A stretch of DNA of 64,000 nucleotides from Eledone cirrhosa (taxonomy: Eukaryota), in contig OZ024747.1 of assembly GCA_964016885.1 (NCBI GenBank), positions 16,926,001 through 16,990,000 of the forward strand. The letters are read 5' to 3'. The position numbers and the translations under genes were made by a program. The notes beneath the pieces are model-generated. The model saw nothing but the letters and a program-made list of their open reading frames with translations, was not told the origin of the DNA and searched no databases. This document shows, in pieces, positions 1 through 14,130 of the stretch (the first letter of the stretch is position 1; every line of letters begins with the position of its first letter).

Positions 1-770
<770 letters not shown>

Positions 771-778
771 AATATATA

Positions 779-824
779 TACGAGGTGTGTCAGAAAAGTT
801 CCAGGACTGATGTCACAAAAGATT
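779..824 (+). mobile_element. Tc1/mariner-type terminal inverted repeat fragment
   Basis: TACGAGGTGTGTCAGAAAAGTTCCAGGACTGATGTCACAAAAGATT; near-identical reverse complement at 40966-41011. Confidence 0.55.
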
Positions 825-863
825 TATTTCAAAGCCAAACTTCACACTAAGAGTTTGGGTTTG

Positions 864-902
<39 letters not shown>

Positions 903-1726
903 GATATATATATATATATACAATATGTGTGGGGGTGGGTGGATGTAGAAGTGCCAGTGTGTGTATCATGTGAGATAGAGGGAGTGAAAAAAGACAGAAA
1001 GCTAAACAAACAAGAAAAAAAGTTTCATGTTCTGTATGGTTCTTGTACTGATGATTCTGAAAGATGGCGTGTACCAAACCTGTAGGATATAACTGAAATC
1101 GAATACTATACATTTTACCGCTCGTATGTTTTTCATTTTACATAAACAATAATGTACTCTGTTTTCCGATGTATTTGGAAATATGCATGAATCTATATCT
1201 GTAGTTAATATACAATTTATAAATGCATAAATAACGCAGACCTCTGGCAATTGTTTGTAGCAATATACAAATTGAGAGGAATCGATACTATACTTTGCCC
1301 ATGCACATGTATCCGGTATCCTAACAATGAAGGAGATTTAGAATATGAATACAACATATATCTGGCATTTACTTCAGAAAATAATTATTACCATTTGCGA
1401 AATTGATTCAAGATGCATATCGCATTTCTAATGTCATTACTATGAATATTGTCCTGCATGTGTAGTGAATGTTTGTATTATAATTTACGTGTGTACTGGT
1501 TTTCGTTGAATATATTGTGTATTAACTGTTTACGTGAATTATCTTCTTGTAATGTTATATCCCTTTGTTATATTGCAGTTATTAGATTTGTTCTTCTATG
1601 CACCGCCTTCAATATTTGAGTAGGTGTTAGTAGTCAAATTATGAAGTATCGGAAATATATCTCATATATGATACATGGAATTCTCGTATAAACATATGCG
1701 CATCTCTTCCACTCACTCAATTTTTC

Positions 1727-2327
<601 letters not shown>

Positions 2328-2885
2328 GTTACGTTATTCCGGGTTGAATCAGAGGTAACCACAGTAAGTAAGGTACTCAATATATAGCAGAGTATAAAAG
2401 TTTTAATATAGATGTGATTCTTTAGGACGAGAATTGTTTCATACTTTAGAAATCATCAGGAATCCGGCTTTCTAAAATAAATGTTGTGGTATTTATATCT
2501 TTTTATGTGGTAGGAGAGGCTGGATAGTGGCGTGGGTCGAGGTCATTGGTTGAAAGAAAAAGGAATTCATTAAAATCTAATTCCTTAAGGCTATAATTTA
2601 TATTTAGGTTGACAAAGGCAGAAAGAATTCTATAAACTAGTTCAGATTGGGGAGCCACTCCTTATTTTTAAGTTTCTCTTCAGCTAAAAATGCCTATAAT
2701 TCAGGTGTCTATAAGATGGTTGGGGATCGGTCATGGTTGATGGATTTAAAGAAAAGGGAAATTCTTTAAAGCTCTACTTAGAGTGACAAAGGCCAAGATT
2801 TTTCTATAAACCAGTTCAAAATATTGGGTGCATATATCATTATTGTCATGTTTCTCTTAAGCTAAATTACAGGTGTCAACAGACA
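2328..2885 (-). repeat. Unclassified TA-inserted element with an internal ~175-190 bp imperfect direct repeat and a degenerate HHR-like motif (2416-2465, minus)
   Basis: Blocks GACAAAGGC...TTCTATAAAC...GTTTCTCTT...GCTAAA occur twice. Minus strand reads gattc CTGATGA ... GAAAC aattctc GTC ctaaa gaatc, with imperfect stem I register. Confidence 0.4.
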
Positions 2886-2911
2886 TATTTACATGCACAC
2901 ACAGACACACG

Positions 2912-3029
<118 letters not shown>

Positions 3030-3156
3030 TGTAGGAGGTGAGTTTTATTGTAGTACAATAAAGCAATGCAGATATCGGATAAGAAGCACTCTACAGTTTG
3101 TAGGACTGGAGTATGGATAATATAAGATCAAAAGATGGTTAAAGGAGTTCCATGTA

Positions 3157-3223
3157 TTTTATTATGCGCATTTCAAAAACAAACATCATCATGCAATAAT
3201 ATTTGTGTTTTCATCAGATAAAA
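3157..3223 (-). ncRNA. Type I hammerhead ribozyme (family C, left arm)
   Basis: ttttat CTGATGA [stem II] GAAA tgcgca TA|ataaaa; 6-bp stem I and palindromic stem III (ATGCGCAT). Confidence 0.8.
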
Positions 3224-3351
3224 CAGGAGAACATGATATGGAGGCTAAAAAACACTTGTGGATAGTGCAGTGGATAGTGCAGTGGATAATATGTTGATTT
3301 AAAACTGCACTATCCACAAGTGTTTTTTAGCCTCCATATCATGTTCTCCTG

Positions 3352-3418
3352 TTTTATCTGATGAAAACACAAATATTATTGCATGATGATGTTTGTTTTT
3401 GAAATGCGCATAATAAAA
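3352..3418 (+). ncRNA. Type I hammerhead ribozyme (family C, right arm)
   Basis: ttttat CTGATGA aaacacaaatattatt-gcat-gatgatgtttgttttt GAAA tgcgca TA|ataaaa. Confidence 0.82.
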
Positions 3419-3482
3419 TACATGGAACTCCTTTAACCATCTTTTGATCTTATATTATATATATATATATATATACACACAC

Positions 3483-3567
<85 letters not shown>

Positions 3568-3600
3568 TATATACACACATATATATATATACATACATAC

Positions 3601-3632
<32 letters not shown>

Positions 3633-4236
3633 GGTGGCTGCCAACTCGTTTTCGAGTACGGCCACTACTTTATATCCATGTAGGAGAACCCCTACCGATG
3701 CGCTAAACGAGTGTGACTTTTTAGTCCAGCCAGCGACTTGAAAACTCTGAACAAACACTACACTTGTGACAATCATTGACACAGTGCAGGGCCCATGGTA
3801 CCATGTGATGACAGGTGCAGAGAGATCTCCAGATATAAAGCAATGCCTGTGCCGTGAAGCTTTTATAGTGAGCTAAGGCACTGCAAAAATCTAGTCCCAT
3901 TCTCTTAACCAAGATGATATTTACCAAAAAGAAGAACAAGTCAAAATCATTGGATACCATCAGGGTTGCGGGTGTTATATCAGAGTTTTCCTTCTCCTAG
4001 AATTCTGCCTTGACAAAGGCTAAGGGGTCATCTCTCCCGGTAATTTGGGATGGTCATTGACTCTTAAGAGCTCATTTGCCCTTTGACAGGTTTTGTTTTT
4101 AGTCCTGCAGGATGTCCAAAGACACCCTCCTCGCCAAGAGACCTTGGTGGGGTTGCCAGTTTAGTCGCCAACGACCCGACCATGAGACAGGTTGTACTGG
4201 GATACATGTTACCAGTAACACCAACTGGTGACCTGA
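3633..4236. repeat. Unclassified GC-richer ~600-bp insert in (TA)n, possibly a retroelement UTR
   Basis: Sharp compositional boundaries with TA arrays. The motif GAGTTTTCCTTCTCCTAG...GCCTTGACAAAGGCT is reminiscent of RTE-associated UTRs; no credible ORF. Confidence 0.3.
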
Positions 4237-4283
4237 CATATATATATATATATACATACATATATATATACATACATATATAT

Positions 4284-4354
<71 letters not shown>

Positions 4355-4361
4355 CATACAC

Positions 4362-4430
<69 letters not shown>

Positions 4431-4498
4431 CATACACATATATATATATATATATATATACATATATATACATACATATATATATATATACATACACA

Positions 4499-4572
<74 letters not shown>

Positions 4573-4573
4573 C

Positions 4574-4636
<63 letters not shown>

Positions 4637-4667
4637 CATACATATATATATACATATATATATATAC

Positions 4668-4698
<31 letters not shown>

Positions 4699-4717
4699 CA
4701 TACATATATATATATAC

Positions 4718-4750
<33 letters not shown>

Positions 4751-4800
4751 CATACATATATATATATACATATATATATATATACATACATATATATATA
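4237..4800. repeat. (TA)n/(TACA) array
   Basis: Direct reading. Confidence 0.97.
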
Positions 4801-5178
4801 TATTGTTATACTTGGGGAGGGTCATATTTGTGTAATATTGCCAGTATTAATAACAGAACACACTCACTGTTTGGTTGGTTTTCGCTTTTCGCTTCTGTGT
4901 CTTTTATATCGGTAATCTAATATAATATAATGTACTCGGTCCTCAATGTTGCCTTTGACTGACCGACGGTCAAAAATAATACAGACACAATATAGACACA
5001 AACACATATATATAGTTTATCATAAATCTTTCGTTGCACATCTGCAACATCGTCAGTGAGTGTGCTCTGTTATTAATTCTGGCAATATTACACAAATATG
5101 ACCTTCCCCAAGTATAACAATATTTTTTTCGACAAACGATTTCATATAAAAAACCTCGCAAAACTAATTCATCCCCGT
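4801..5178. mobile_element. Family A foldback element: arms 4801-4869 / 5054-5122, tail 5123-5178
   Basis: Terminus TATTGTTATACTTGGGGAGGGTCAT and its reverse complement; related copy at 40178-40403; termini shared with family B. Confidence 0.85.
5020..5059 (-). ncRNA. Minimal type I hammerhead (family A), extra nucleotide after A9
   Basis: tca CTGACGA t gttgca-gatg-tgcaac GAAA gatt TA|tga. Confidence 0.65.
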
Positions 5179-5256
<78 letters not shown>

Positions 5257-5339
5257 CATACATACATATATATATATATATACATATATATATACATACA
5301 TATATATATACATACATATATATATACACATATATATAT

Positions 5340-5406
<67 letters not shown>

Positions 5407-5437
5407 CATACATATATATATACATACATATATATAT

Positions 5438-5504
<67 letters not shown>

Positions 5505-5511
5505 CATACAC

Positions 5512-5578
<67 letters not shown>

Positions 5579-5693
5579 CATACATACATACATACATATA
5601 TATATACATATATATATATACATACATATATATAAACATATATATATATATATATATATACATACATATATATATACATACATATATATATAC

Positions 5694-5728
<35 letters not shown>

Positions 5729-6284
5729 CATACATATATATATACATATATATATATACATACATATATATAAACATATATATATATATATATATACATA
5801 CATATATATATACATACATATATATATATACATATATATAAACATATATATATATATATATATACATACATATATATATACATACATATATATATATACA
5901 TATATATATATACATATATATATATACATATATATATATACATACATATATATACATATTTATATATATACATATATATATATATACATACATATATATA
6001 CATATTTATATATATATATATATACATACATATATATACATATTTATATATATACATATATATATACATACATATATATATACATATATATATATATACA
6101 TATATATATACATATATATATATATACATATATATATACATACATATATATATACATATATATACATACATACATACATATATATATACATATATATATA
6201 TATACATACATATATATACATATATATACATATACATACATATATATATACATATATATCTGCATAAATATATACATATATATA
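5179..6284. repeat. (TA)n/(TACA) array
   Basis: Direct reading. Confidence 0.97.
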
Positions 6285-6522
6285 TACAATATTAAATAAA
6301 TGGAAAACTATATTTATAAAACCATATTTATTTCATTATATATAAATATATATTTATTTCATTATATATAAATATATATAATGAAATAAATATGGTTTTA
6401 TAAATATAGTTTTCCATTTATTTAATATTGTAAATATACTCCAAATATTTGTCGAGTGGTTTTATACCAGTTATAAATATTTACTAGTTGTAACCCAACA
6501 ATTTTAAATATAACTTTCCATG
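6285..6522. mobile_element. Family Q small foldback (arms ~6285-6345 / ~6375-6432, tail 6433-6522)
   Basis: TACAATATTAAATAAATGGAAAACTATATTTATAAAACCATATTTATTTCATTATA and its reverse complement; arm matches 12097-12150. Confidence 0.7.
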
Positions 6523-6565
6523 TACATATATATATATATATATGCATACATATATACATATATAC

Positions 6566-6688
<123 letters not shown>

Positions 6689-6706
6689 CATACATATATA
6701 TATACA

Positions 6707-9174
6707 TGTTCGAACCAACGAGGTGCCACAAGAACGTCCTAGACTTAATTTTCAGCAATCACACTGACAATATCCACAATATTGCAGTGGAGAAAACTCT
6801 ACTCTCTGATCATGACATGGTTCTCTGTGATCCGGAGATTCCACCGTCCAATATACAAATCCAATGCCATCTCTCCTGTCCATCCGTTTGACGCTATGGA
6901 TTTCCACAATGCAAACTGGGAAGCGATCAGTCATGATCTTGCACATGTCGACTGGTCCTTCACGCACACTCATACACCCACTAACATCAAAAAGTCCTGG
7001 CAGACATTTGTGGACACTGTTACAAACATATGTGCAAAACACACCCCATTAAGAACTATAAACAAATCTAAGAGCAGAATCCCTAGAAATAGAAAAACGC
7101 TCATCTGGAAAATTAAGAGAACGAACAAGAAAATCAACAAGCTGAAATACATTCAGCAGCAACACATCAATTTGACTGCCATTTCATCACTAGAGATTAA
7201 AAAACATAACCTCCAAAACAATATGATGTCTATCATCAACAATCAGAGAAGAGCTGAAGAGGCCTGGGCCATTGAGAAGATGATACTCAATCCCAAAGTG
7301 TTCTTTTCATTTGCAAAAAAACACAAAATCACTGGCTCTACTGTTGGCCCTCTAATTGATGAAAATGGCACTCTTCAAGACAATGCTAAAACCATGGGTG
7401 AGATACTGCAGAAACAATACTGCTCTGTTTTCAGCAATCCTGATATGGCCGATCTGGGCTGTATCGGCGATGTTACTCCCCATTACACCTTATCGGACAT
7501 AACGTTCGGCGCCGCTGATGTCTTAGCGGCAATAAAGGAAATCAAGCATAATTCAGCAGTAGGTCCCGATAGGTTCCCTGCTTGTGTCTTGAAGGCGTAT
7601 CAACACCAACTTGCATCTCCTCTTGCCAATCTGTGGCGGAACTGACTGGATGCTGGATATGTGCCAGAAAATCTTCTATCCCAGTCTGTTGTCCCAGTTT
7701 TCAAAAAAGGAAACAAATACCTTGCCGTGAATGACCGTCCAATCTCACTCACCTCTCATATGATTAAGGTATTTGAGAGAGTGGTGAGATCGCGAATGAC
7801 TCACTTCCTTGAGAGTAACAATATGCTGAACTCCAACCAGCATGGATTCCGTAATGGAAGGGATTGCCTGACGCAGCTACTGCATCACTTTGATGACATT
7901 TTGAGAGCCTTGGGAGAGGGTTCCAACACTGATGTTATCTACCTTGATTTCAGCAAGGCCTTTGACAGGGTTGATCACAACATTCTACTGAGAAAGCTGT
8001 CCAATATTGGTGTCACTGGAAAGCTGCTGCAGTGGATCAAGAGCTTCCTGTCAAACAGAACCCAACATGTTGTAGTCGAAGGAGTCAAATCCAGCCCAGC
8101 CAAAGTCAGTAGTGGGGTCCCACAAGGCACTGTGTTGGGCCCACTTCTCTTCATCACTTCATCATCTATATTAATAACATCACTGACATCATCAAACACA
8201 GCGACATTAGAATTTTCGCTGATGATTCCAAGCTCCAAAAGGTCATCGATGGCGTTGATGACCGGATAAGCCTTCAGTCAGACCTACTCGCTGTTACCCA
8301 ATGGGCGGAAAAGAACAACTTGTTACTGAACGAAGACAAATTCGAACTGATCCACTTTGGAAAAGTACTCCCTTCCCTCCGGTGAAACTCTCGTGGCATC
8401 TAACAACATCAGAGACTTGGGAGTAACCGTTGACAGCAACATAAGCTGGGCCACGCATATAAGCAGCAAAGTCGACATGGCCCGCAGAATGTGTTAGTGG
8501 ATCCTCAGAACCTTCCAGTCGAGAGATTCCCACACCATTATCCTTCTCTTCTTTACTTTTGCCCGACCACACCCTGAATACTGTTGTCCACTGTGGTCTC
8601 CCCACACGAAACAAAGTATCATGAAACTTGAAGCTCCCCAAAGGGCAATCACGAAAAAGATAGATGGCATGTCAGACCTTGACTACTGGGGTCTACTAGA
8701 AAAGCTGAAACTTTACTCACTCCAACGTCGCCGTGAGCGTTATATTATCTGCATGATGTGGAAAATGTTTCATCATCACTGCCCAAATGATGTTGGCATC
8801 ACCTTCAAATTACACCCAAGGCTTGGGCCCCATGCTATCCGTCCCAAACAAAAATCTAAATCGCAACTCATAACAACAAAACGGCACAATTATTTCACCT
8901 CAATTGGCCCTGCTCTCTTCAACATCACACCAGGACACGTCAAAACAGAAACTGACGACACAAAATTCAAGAGGTCTTTGGACAAATTCTTCCAAGTAAT
9001 CCCGGACAAACCACCCACACTCGGATATGTCTCCGCAAACAGTAATTCTCTTCTCGAATGGGCCATGGTGCCCAAATCCTGAATTGAAAGACTTCGCCAG
9101 GTGGTGCTATTAAGTTAGACATGGCCTGGGCCAATACTGGCCAAAACATTTCAAAGTTATTCAAAGTTAAGTTA
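6707..9174 (+). mobile_element. 5'-truncated, frameshifted CR1-clade LINE (ORF2: end of APE endonuclease plus reverse transcriptase)
   Basis: [12 protein letters not shown]...SDH (APE end); QHGFRNGRDCLTQLL, DVIYLDFSKAFDRVDH, SGVPQGTVLGPLLF; FADD at 8215-8226 in a shifted frame; YCCPLWSP; LKLYSLQRRRER; short-repeat 3' tail TTCAAAGTTA. Contains stops and frameshifts. Confidence 0.92.
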
Positions 9175-9305
9175 CATACATATATATATACATATATATA
9201 TATATATACATACATATATATATATACATATATATATATATACATACATATATATATATACATATATATATATATACATATATATATATACATATATATA
9301 CATAC

Positions 9306-9336
<31 letters not shown>

Positions 9337-9341
9337 CATAC

Positions 9342-9412
<71 letters not shown>

Positions 9413-9644
9413 CATATCTATATATATATATACATACATACATACATATATATATACATATATATATATACATATACATACATATATATACATATATATA
9501 TACATACATATATATATACATATATATATGCATACATATATACATATATATGCATACATATATACATATATATGCATACATATATACATATATATGCATA
9601 CATATATACATATATATATGCATACATATATACATATATATATG

Positions 9645-9684
<40 letters not shown>

Positions 9685-9748
9685 TACATATATACATATA
9701 TATGCATACATACATACATATATATGCATACATATATACATATATATA

Positions 9749-9796
<48 letters not shown>

Positions 9797-9951
9797 TACA
9801 TATATGCATACATATATATATATATATATATATATGCATACATATATGCATATATATATATATATATATATATGCATACATATATGTATACATATATATA
9901 TATATATGCATACATATATATACACATATATATATATGCATACATATATAT

Positions 9952-10012
<61 letters not shown>

Positions 10013-10479
10013 CATACATATATATACACATATATATATATGCATACATTTATATACACATATATATATATACATACATATATATACACATATATATATA
10101 TGCATACATATATATACACACTTATATATATATATATATATATACATACATATATATATATACATACATACATATACATATATATATATATACATACATA
10201 TATGTATACATATATATATATATACATACATATATATATATACATATATATATATATACATACATATATATATATACATATATATATATACATACATATG
10301 TACATATATATATACATACATACATATATACATACATACATACATATATATATACATACATACATATATACAGATATACATACATATGTACATATATATA
10401 TACATACATACATACATATATATACATACATACATATATACATATATATATATACATACATATATATATACATATATAT

Positions 10480-10551
<72 letters not shown>

Positions 10552-10554
10552 CAC

Positions 10555-10588
<34 letters not shown>

Positions 10589-10640
10589 ATACATATATAC
10601 ATATATATATACATACAGATATATATACATATATATATAT
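9175..10640. repeat. ~1.5-kb (TA)n/(TACA)/(TGCA) array
   Basis: Direct reading. Confidence 0.97.
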
Positions 10641-11190
10641 TAGAATTGGAGCTCTGAAATAGCAATATATATATGGATGTATATATAATGTATTTTGCAA
10701 TACACTTTATGCTTAATTAAAAGCATTTTGAAGACCATAAGCTATTGTTTTAAAGTAGTGACAAATTCACTTACTTTGATCTCAGCAAACAGGGGAGATA
10801 AGCCGACAAGTCTTGTTTCGCTTTGGTTGAAGCTTATCAAGGCCAACTACCCCTCCTGTCTACCGAGATCATTGATGTTATATTCCTATAGAAATCTAGT
10901 AAATAATCAGGAGCTGATTATGCAGAGCGGTTGTTGGTCAGGCAGAAATTAAAAATTAGAATTGGGTCTCTGATATAGCAATATATATATGGATGTATAT
11001 ATAATGTATTTTGCAATACACTTTATGCTTAATTAAAAGCATTTTGAAGACCGTAAGCTATTGTTTTAAAGTAGTGACAAATTCACTTACTTTGATCTCA
11101 GCAAACAGTGGAGATAAGCCGACAAGTCTTGTTTCGCTTTGGTTGAAGCTTATCAATTTGTCACTACTTTAAAACAATAGCTAAAACATC
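10641..11190 (-). mobile_element. Family G retrozyme-like element: 316-bp unit in ~1.6 tandem copies plus a 28-bp inverted arm (11155-11182)
   Basis: TAGAATTGG begins at 10641 and 10957; HHR begins at 10801 and 11117; 11155-11182 is the reverse complement of AGCTATTGTTTTAAAGTAGTGACAAATT. Confidence 0.88.
10801..10844 (-). ncRNA. Type I hammerhead with U3-A8 core (family G)
   Basis: ggcc TTGATAA gctt-caacca-aagc GAAAC aagactt GTC|ggct; second copy at 11117-11156 is truncated at the core. Confidence 0.78.
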
Positions 11191-11207
11191 TATATATATA
11201 CATACAT

Positions 11208-12077
11208 AGTAATAATAATAAATTTCAAGACTAAAATCCAAAGAGGGCTCGATAAGGATAAATATATATCAAATATATAAGAACCGTAGAGCAAATATTT
11301 ATTAAAATAAGCTCCAAGATTCTAATGAATAGGTCCGAGGATTTTATAACAACTAGAAATTGATTAACATATAAATAAACATATGAAACAATCACAGGGG
11401 ATAATTTTTACAAGTGTATAAGCACACATAGCTAGGTTGGTAACTAAATAAAGTTAACTAGAACTTCAAAAATAGATACCTTATAATATGATTAATCTTC
11501 CATGTATATATTCCATTAAAGAAATATATTTCACCAATTAATCGAATGGTAAACCACGGAGGCCGATACTTGGATTTTCAACAAGGATCTGTGTTTACGC
11601 ATTAAGTTCAAATCAGGACCAATCACGTGCTGTATCTACCAAAAATACACACATCATACCATCATCGTCCCAGTGGCGTGAATAGGGTTATCGACAACTA
11701 GAAACAGCAGTCAACTCCTATTCACGCCACTGGGACGAAGCTGGTATGATGTGTGTATTTTTGGTAGATACGGCACGTGTTACTGGCCAGTCGCATATTT
11801 GAGCTTAATGCGTAAACACAGATCGCTGGACTTCTTCCTTGTTGAAAATCCAAGTATCGGCCTCTGTCGTTTACCATTCGATTAATTGGTGAAATATATT
11901 TCTTTAATGGAAGATTACATGGAAGATTAATCATATTATAAGGTATCTATTTTTGAAGTTCTAGTTAACTTTATTTAGTTACTTACCTAGCTATGTGTGC
12001 TTACACACTTGTAAACATTTTCCCCTGTGATTGTTTCATATGTTTATTTATATGTTAATCAATTTCTAATTGTTATA
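11208..12077. mobile_element. Family E foldback, copy 1: ~340-360 bp arms (11345-11686 / 11717-12077), tail 11208-11344
   Basis: Arms are reverse complements with a few indels; homologous to 52405-53218. Confidence 0.9.
11499..11587 (-). ncRNA. Type I hammerhead with U3-A8 core and long stem III (family E copy 1, left arm)
   Basis: tccttg TTGAAAA t ccaa...ttgg t GAAA tatatttc-tttaat-ggaatata TA|catgga; same core in the right arm at 11842-11848 (+). Confidence 0.7.
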
Positions 12078-12137
12078 TATATACATATACAATGGTATTA
12101 AATAAATGGAAACTATATTTATAAAACCATATTCATT

Positions 12138-12194
12138 TTATTATATATATTTCAAGGGCAACCAAGACAACATTGGTACGCTTTCATCAGATAA
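12138..12194 (-). ncRNA. Type I hammerhead (family Q copy, element ~12092-12370)
   Basis: ttat CTGATGA aagcgtaccaa-tgttgtc-ttggttgccctt GAAA tatata TA|ataa. Confidence 0.7.
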
Positions 12195-12422
12195 CATACA
12201 AAGTTTGTTTTATAAATATAGACGTATCCATGAAAATCATACCTTATCGGTTGGAAATTCACTGGGTAGTGGAAATATATTGGGGATTATTCAACCTTAT
12301 GTCTGAATATACTAATGAATATGTAAATAATTGAAAAACAACCGTTTATTTAAATGACACTGGAGAAAGATAGACAAGAAAGAGAGAAAAAATATTAATA
12401 TTACGAGAGAGATAGAGAGGAG

Positions 12423-14066
12423 AAATTAACTAGCAATAGTACCGTTCGGAATAACATCAACTCCGCTAAATGTAACTGTACAATTAAATCAAACTGTCCT
12501 TTAAAAAATAAGTGCTTAGATAAGAACGTGGTCAAAACCAGTGATAATATATTTAACTATATAGGTTCAACTTCTACAGACTTTAAAAGTCGTTGGAATA
12601 ATCACAAATGCTCTTTCAGAAAATTTGATAAAAAATCTTCAGCTTCTCTATCAAACCTGATATGGAACTTAAAATCCAAAAATATGGACTTTTCTTTTAC
12701 TTGGGAAATAATTTCAAAAAAGCACCTGCCTACCGAAACACAGCTTTATCTAGATTTTGCAAATTGTGTGTTGAGGAAATTTTCTTCATACTTAAATGTA
12801 AGAACTCTATTAATGTACGGACGAATTTATTTAGTTCTTGTAAACATCGCCTAAACTCAACGTTTAGAACTATATACAAATTATAATTACCTCTTATAAT
12901 ATTCTACTTATTTCCATAACAATCTTATCCACTCTGTTTTAATATATTGTTATCTCTAAATCATATCTATAATATTTGCTATAATTTCACTTCTTAAAAT
13001 TTCTTAAAATATATACATATATGATCCTAACGTTTAATTTGTTATTTTAACTTTAATTTTAATAATTTTAAAGTTTTTTAATTCTTTATTTTTTATTTTT
13101 TATTTCTTAAATTTTTCATATATTTTAAAAATTACTTATTTTTTTTAAATTACTTATTACTTTTTTAAAAAATTACTTATCTCTTATAAATGATGTTTTT
13201 AAAAATTTTCCTGAATTTTTAATATTTTTTTAATAAATTTTTTTTATATCTTTTATTAGATTTATAACCACTAACTAATTCAGGCTAAATATATATTTAA
13301 CATTTATATATTTAACATTTAAACTTATTTTGACAAAATAGTCTCATACTAACGAATAAATAGACAGAAATTTAGTTTTTTTCTGTATCTTCCCAATTTA
13401 AAATATATAAATATAAATATTCTTATTAACTCAGTTAACTTAATTACTTACATTAAAAATAAACCAATATCCCTCATAACTAATTAAAACAATTATCTAT
13501 AACACGATATACCCATCTATCCATTTATATATCTATTTATCTATCTATCTATTTTTAATATTTATTTTTCTATCTCTCTATTTTTCTATCAATTTATTTT
13601 TCCATATATTTATCCATCTAATTTTATATATATTTATTTTTTTATATATATCTATTTATTTTTCTATCTACTTTTAACAGTAAATATTATATTAAAAAGA
13701 CTTTTAACAACTAAATAATCGTAAATATACGTAACATTAGTAGGTTTGTAATTAAAAATTATTCCCCCATATGAATGTTATAAAAGTATATACTTAGGTG
13801 ATAATCTATACTTGCGTGTGTTTCTATACATCACGCTGGAGCGTTAAGGATAGCTAAGTTCAGTAAGAGATGAAATCCCCTGAAGAGAGAATTCTACTCT
13901 CCAGTATTGATTGCCTTATTTTATTGTAATGACCATAACTGTTTCTTGACACTCGAAATGTCAGCCAAGTAAAAGGTGTGAGTGAAGCTTTCGTTCATGA
14001 GCTACCTATGTAAGTTTGCGTAAATTATTCTATATGCATATGAATAAATATATATACCTCCACCCC
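12423..14066 (+). mobile_element. 5'-truncated Penelope-like retroelement (EN, long AT-rich UTR, putative pLTR end with degenerate HHR 13880-13962)
   Basis: EN fragment followed by AT-rich UTR and CTGAAGA gag...ctc GAAA t GTC, ending in a TA tract. The 3' boundary and the HHR are uncertain. Confidence 0.55.
12441..12886 (+). pseudogene. Penelope-like element C-terminal GIY-YIG endonuclease fragment (frameshifted)
   Basis: CNC.IKSNCPLKNKCL..NVV...YIGST..FK.RW.NHK.SF...LS.LIW.LK...WEI, then in a shifted frame C.LC.EE...N.R...SCKH. The CxCx5Cx5C linker suggests a Naiad-like group (tentative). The first Tyr motif appears deleted. Confidence 0.85.
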
Positions 14067-14093
14067 ATATATATATATATGTGTGGGGGGCGC

Positions 14094-14130
<37 letters not shown>

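Larger units (their letters stand above)
3030..3458. mobile_element. Family C foldback element: 155-bp inverted arms (3117-3271 / 3304-3458), ~87-nt tail on the left arm
   Basis: Arms read as reverse complements, flanked by (TA)n; second copy at 62753-63091. Confidence 0.9.

Noticed and set aside
1044-1112. tgta CTGATGA ... GAAA tcgaatac TA|taca as a hammerhead
   Set aside because: Stem I fits but stems II and III do not pair convincingly; at best a decayed relic.
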